Shown here piece by piece: positions 63,666-64,000 of a DNA stretch of 64,000 nucleotides. The stretch's first letter is position 1. The number at the start of each line of letters is the position of its first letter. The stretch is from an uncultured Actinomycetes bacterium (GTDB lineage Bacteria > Actinomycetota > Thermoleophilia > UBA2241). The notes beneath the pieces were generated by a model. It worked only from the letters and a program-made list of their open reading frames with translations. It searched no databases and was not told where the DNA came from. The translations under genes and the position numbers were made by a program. The stretch lies in the NCBI GenBank assembly GCA_963725665.1, contig CAVRZA010000004.1, forward strand, positions 288,001 through 352,000, written 5' to 3'.

Positions 63666-64000
63666 ATGAGCGCTGAGGCAAAGACCAGGGTGCGAACCTT
63701 GACGGCCGGCACGGTGACGGGCGGCTTCCTCGCCGTGGGGCGGGCCGATGCTCGTTTCGTCCGCAGGCACGATATCGACTGGCTGCGGGTTCTCGCCGTG
63801 CTGCTGCTCTTCCCCTTCCACGTGTCGAGGGTCTTCAACGCCGACGACCCCTTCTACGTGAAGGCCGACAGCCTGTCTGTCCCGCTCAGCTACGCTCTTG
63901 GCTTCATCTCCGTCTGGCATATGCAGCTGCTCTTCGTGCTTGCCGGCGCCTCCACCTACTTCGCGCTCGGCAAGCGCAGCTCGCGCCAGTACATTCTGGA
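63666..64000 (+). CDS. Acyltransferase-3 / OpgC-like membrane acyltransferase (partial)
   Basis: Manual translation RRHDIDWLRVLA...FH...WHMQLLFVLAG; AAGGAGG SD. Confidence 0.85.
   Translation, partial: MSAEAKTRVRTLTAGTVTGGFLAVGRADARFVRRHDIDWLRVLAVLLLFPFHVSRVFNADDPFYVKADSLSVPLSYALGFISVWHMQLLFVLAGASTYFALGKRSSRQYIL

Overview
GC-rich bacterial chromosome segment. Gene content suggests a deep-branching Actinomycetota lineage such as Thermoleophilia; this is an inference, not a database result. Bases 1-44640 are mostly core genes: cimA end, dnaE, a decaying his operon (hisH internally deleted, hisF truncated), tsaC, rpiB, wecA-like, the full atp operon, murA, a cell-envelope glycan cluster (LCP, Wzy_C-TPR, ugd, NDP-sugar synthases, PMM, PGI/PMI) with a small sortase-type substrate, ahcY-mtnA, comF-hpf-secA, prfB with its +1 frameshift, thrB and tRNA-Val(GAC). 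After the tRNA is an accessory region. Its most striking part (about 50250-55550) is an integron-type gene-cassette array with recognisable attC sites and no integrase in the window, hit by two IS110-family elements whose non-coding RNAs can be read from the sequence. The first element is complete, has a duplicated CT core, carries guide segments matching its own insertion site and circle junction, and appears to split the array's promoter. The second is truncated, sits inside an attC site, and its upstream RNA has guides that spell an attC consensus. The window ends with a kinase / response regulator / His-less pseudokinase trio and a partial acyltransferase.
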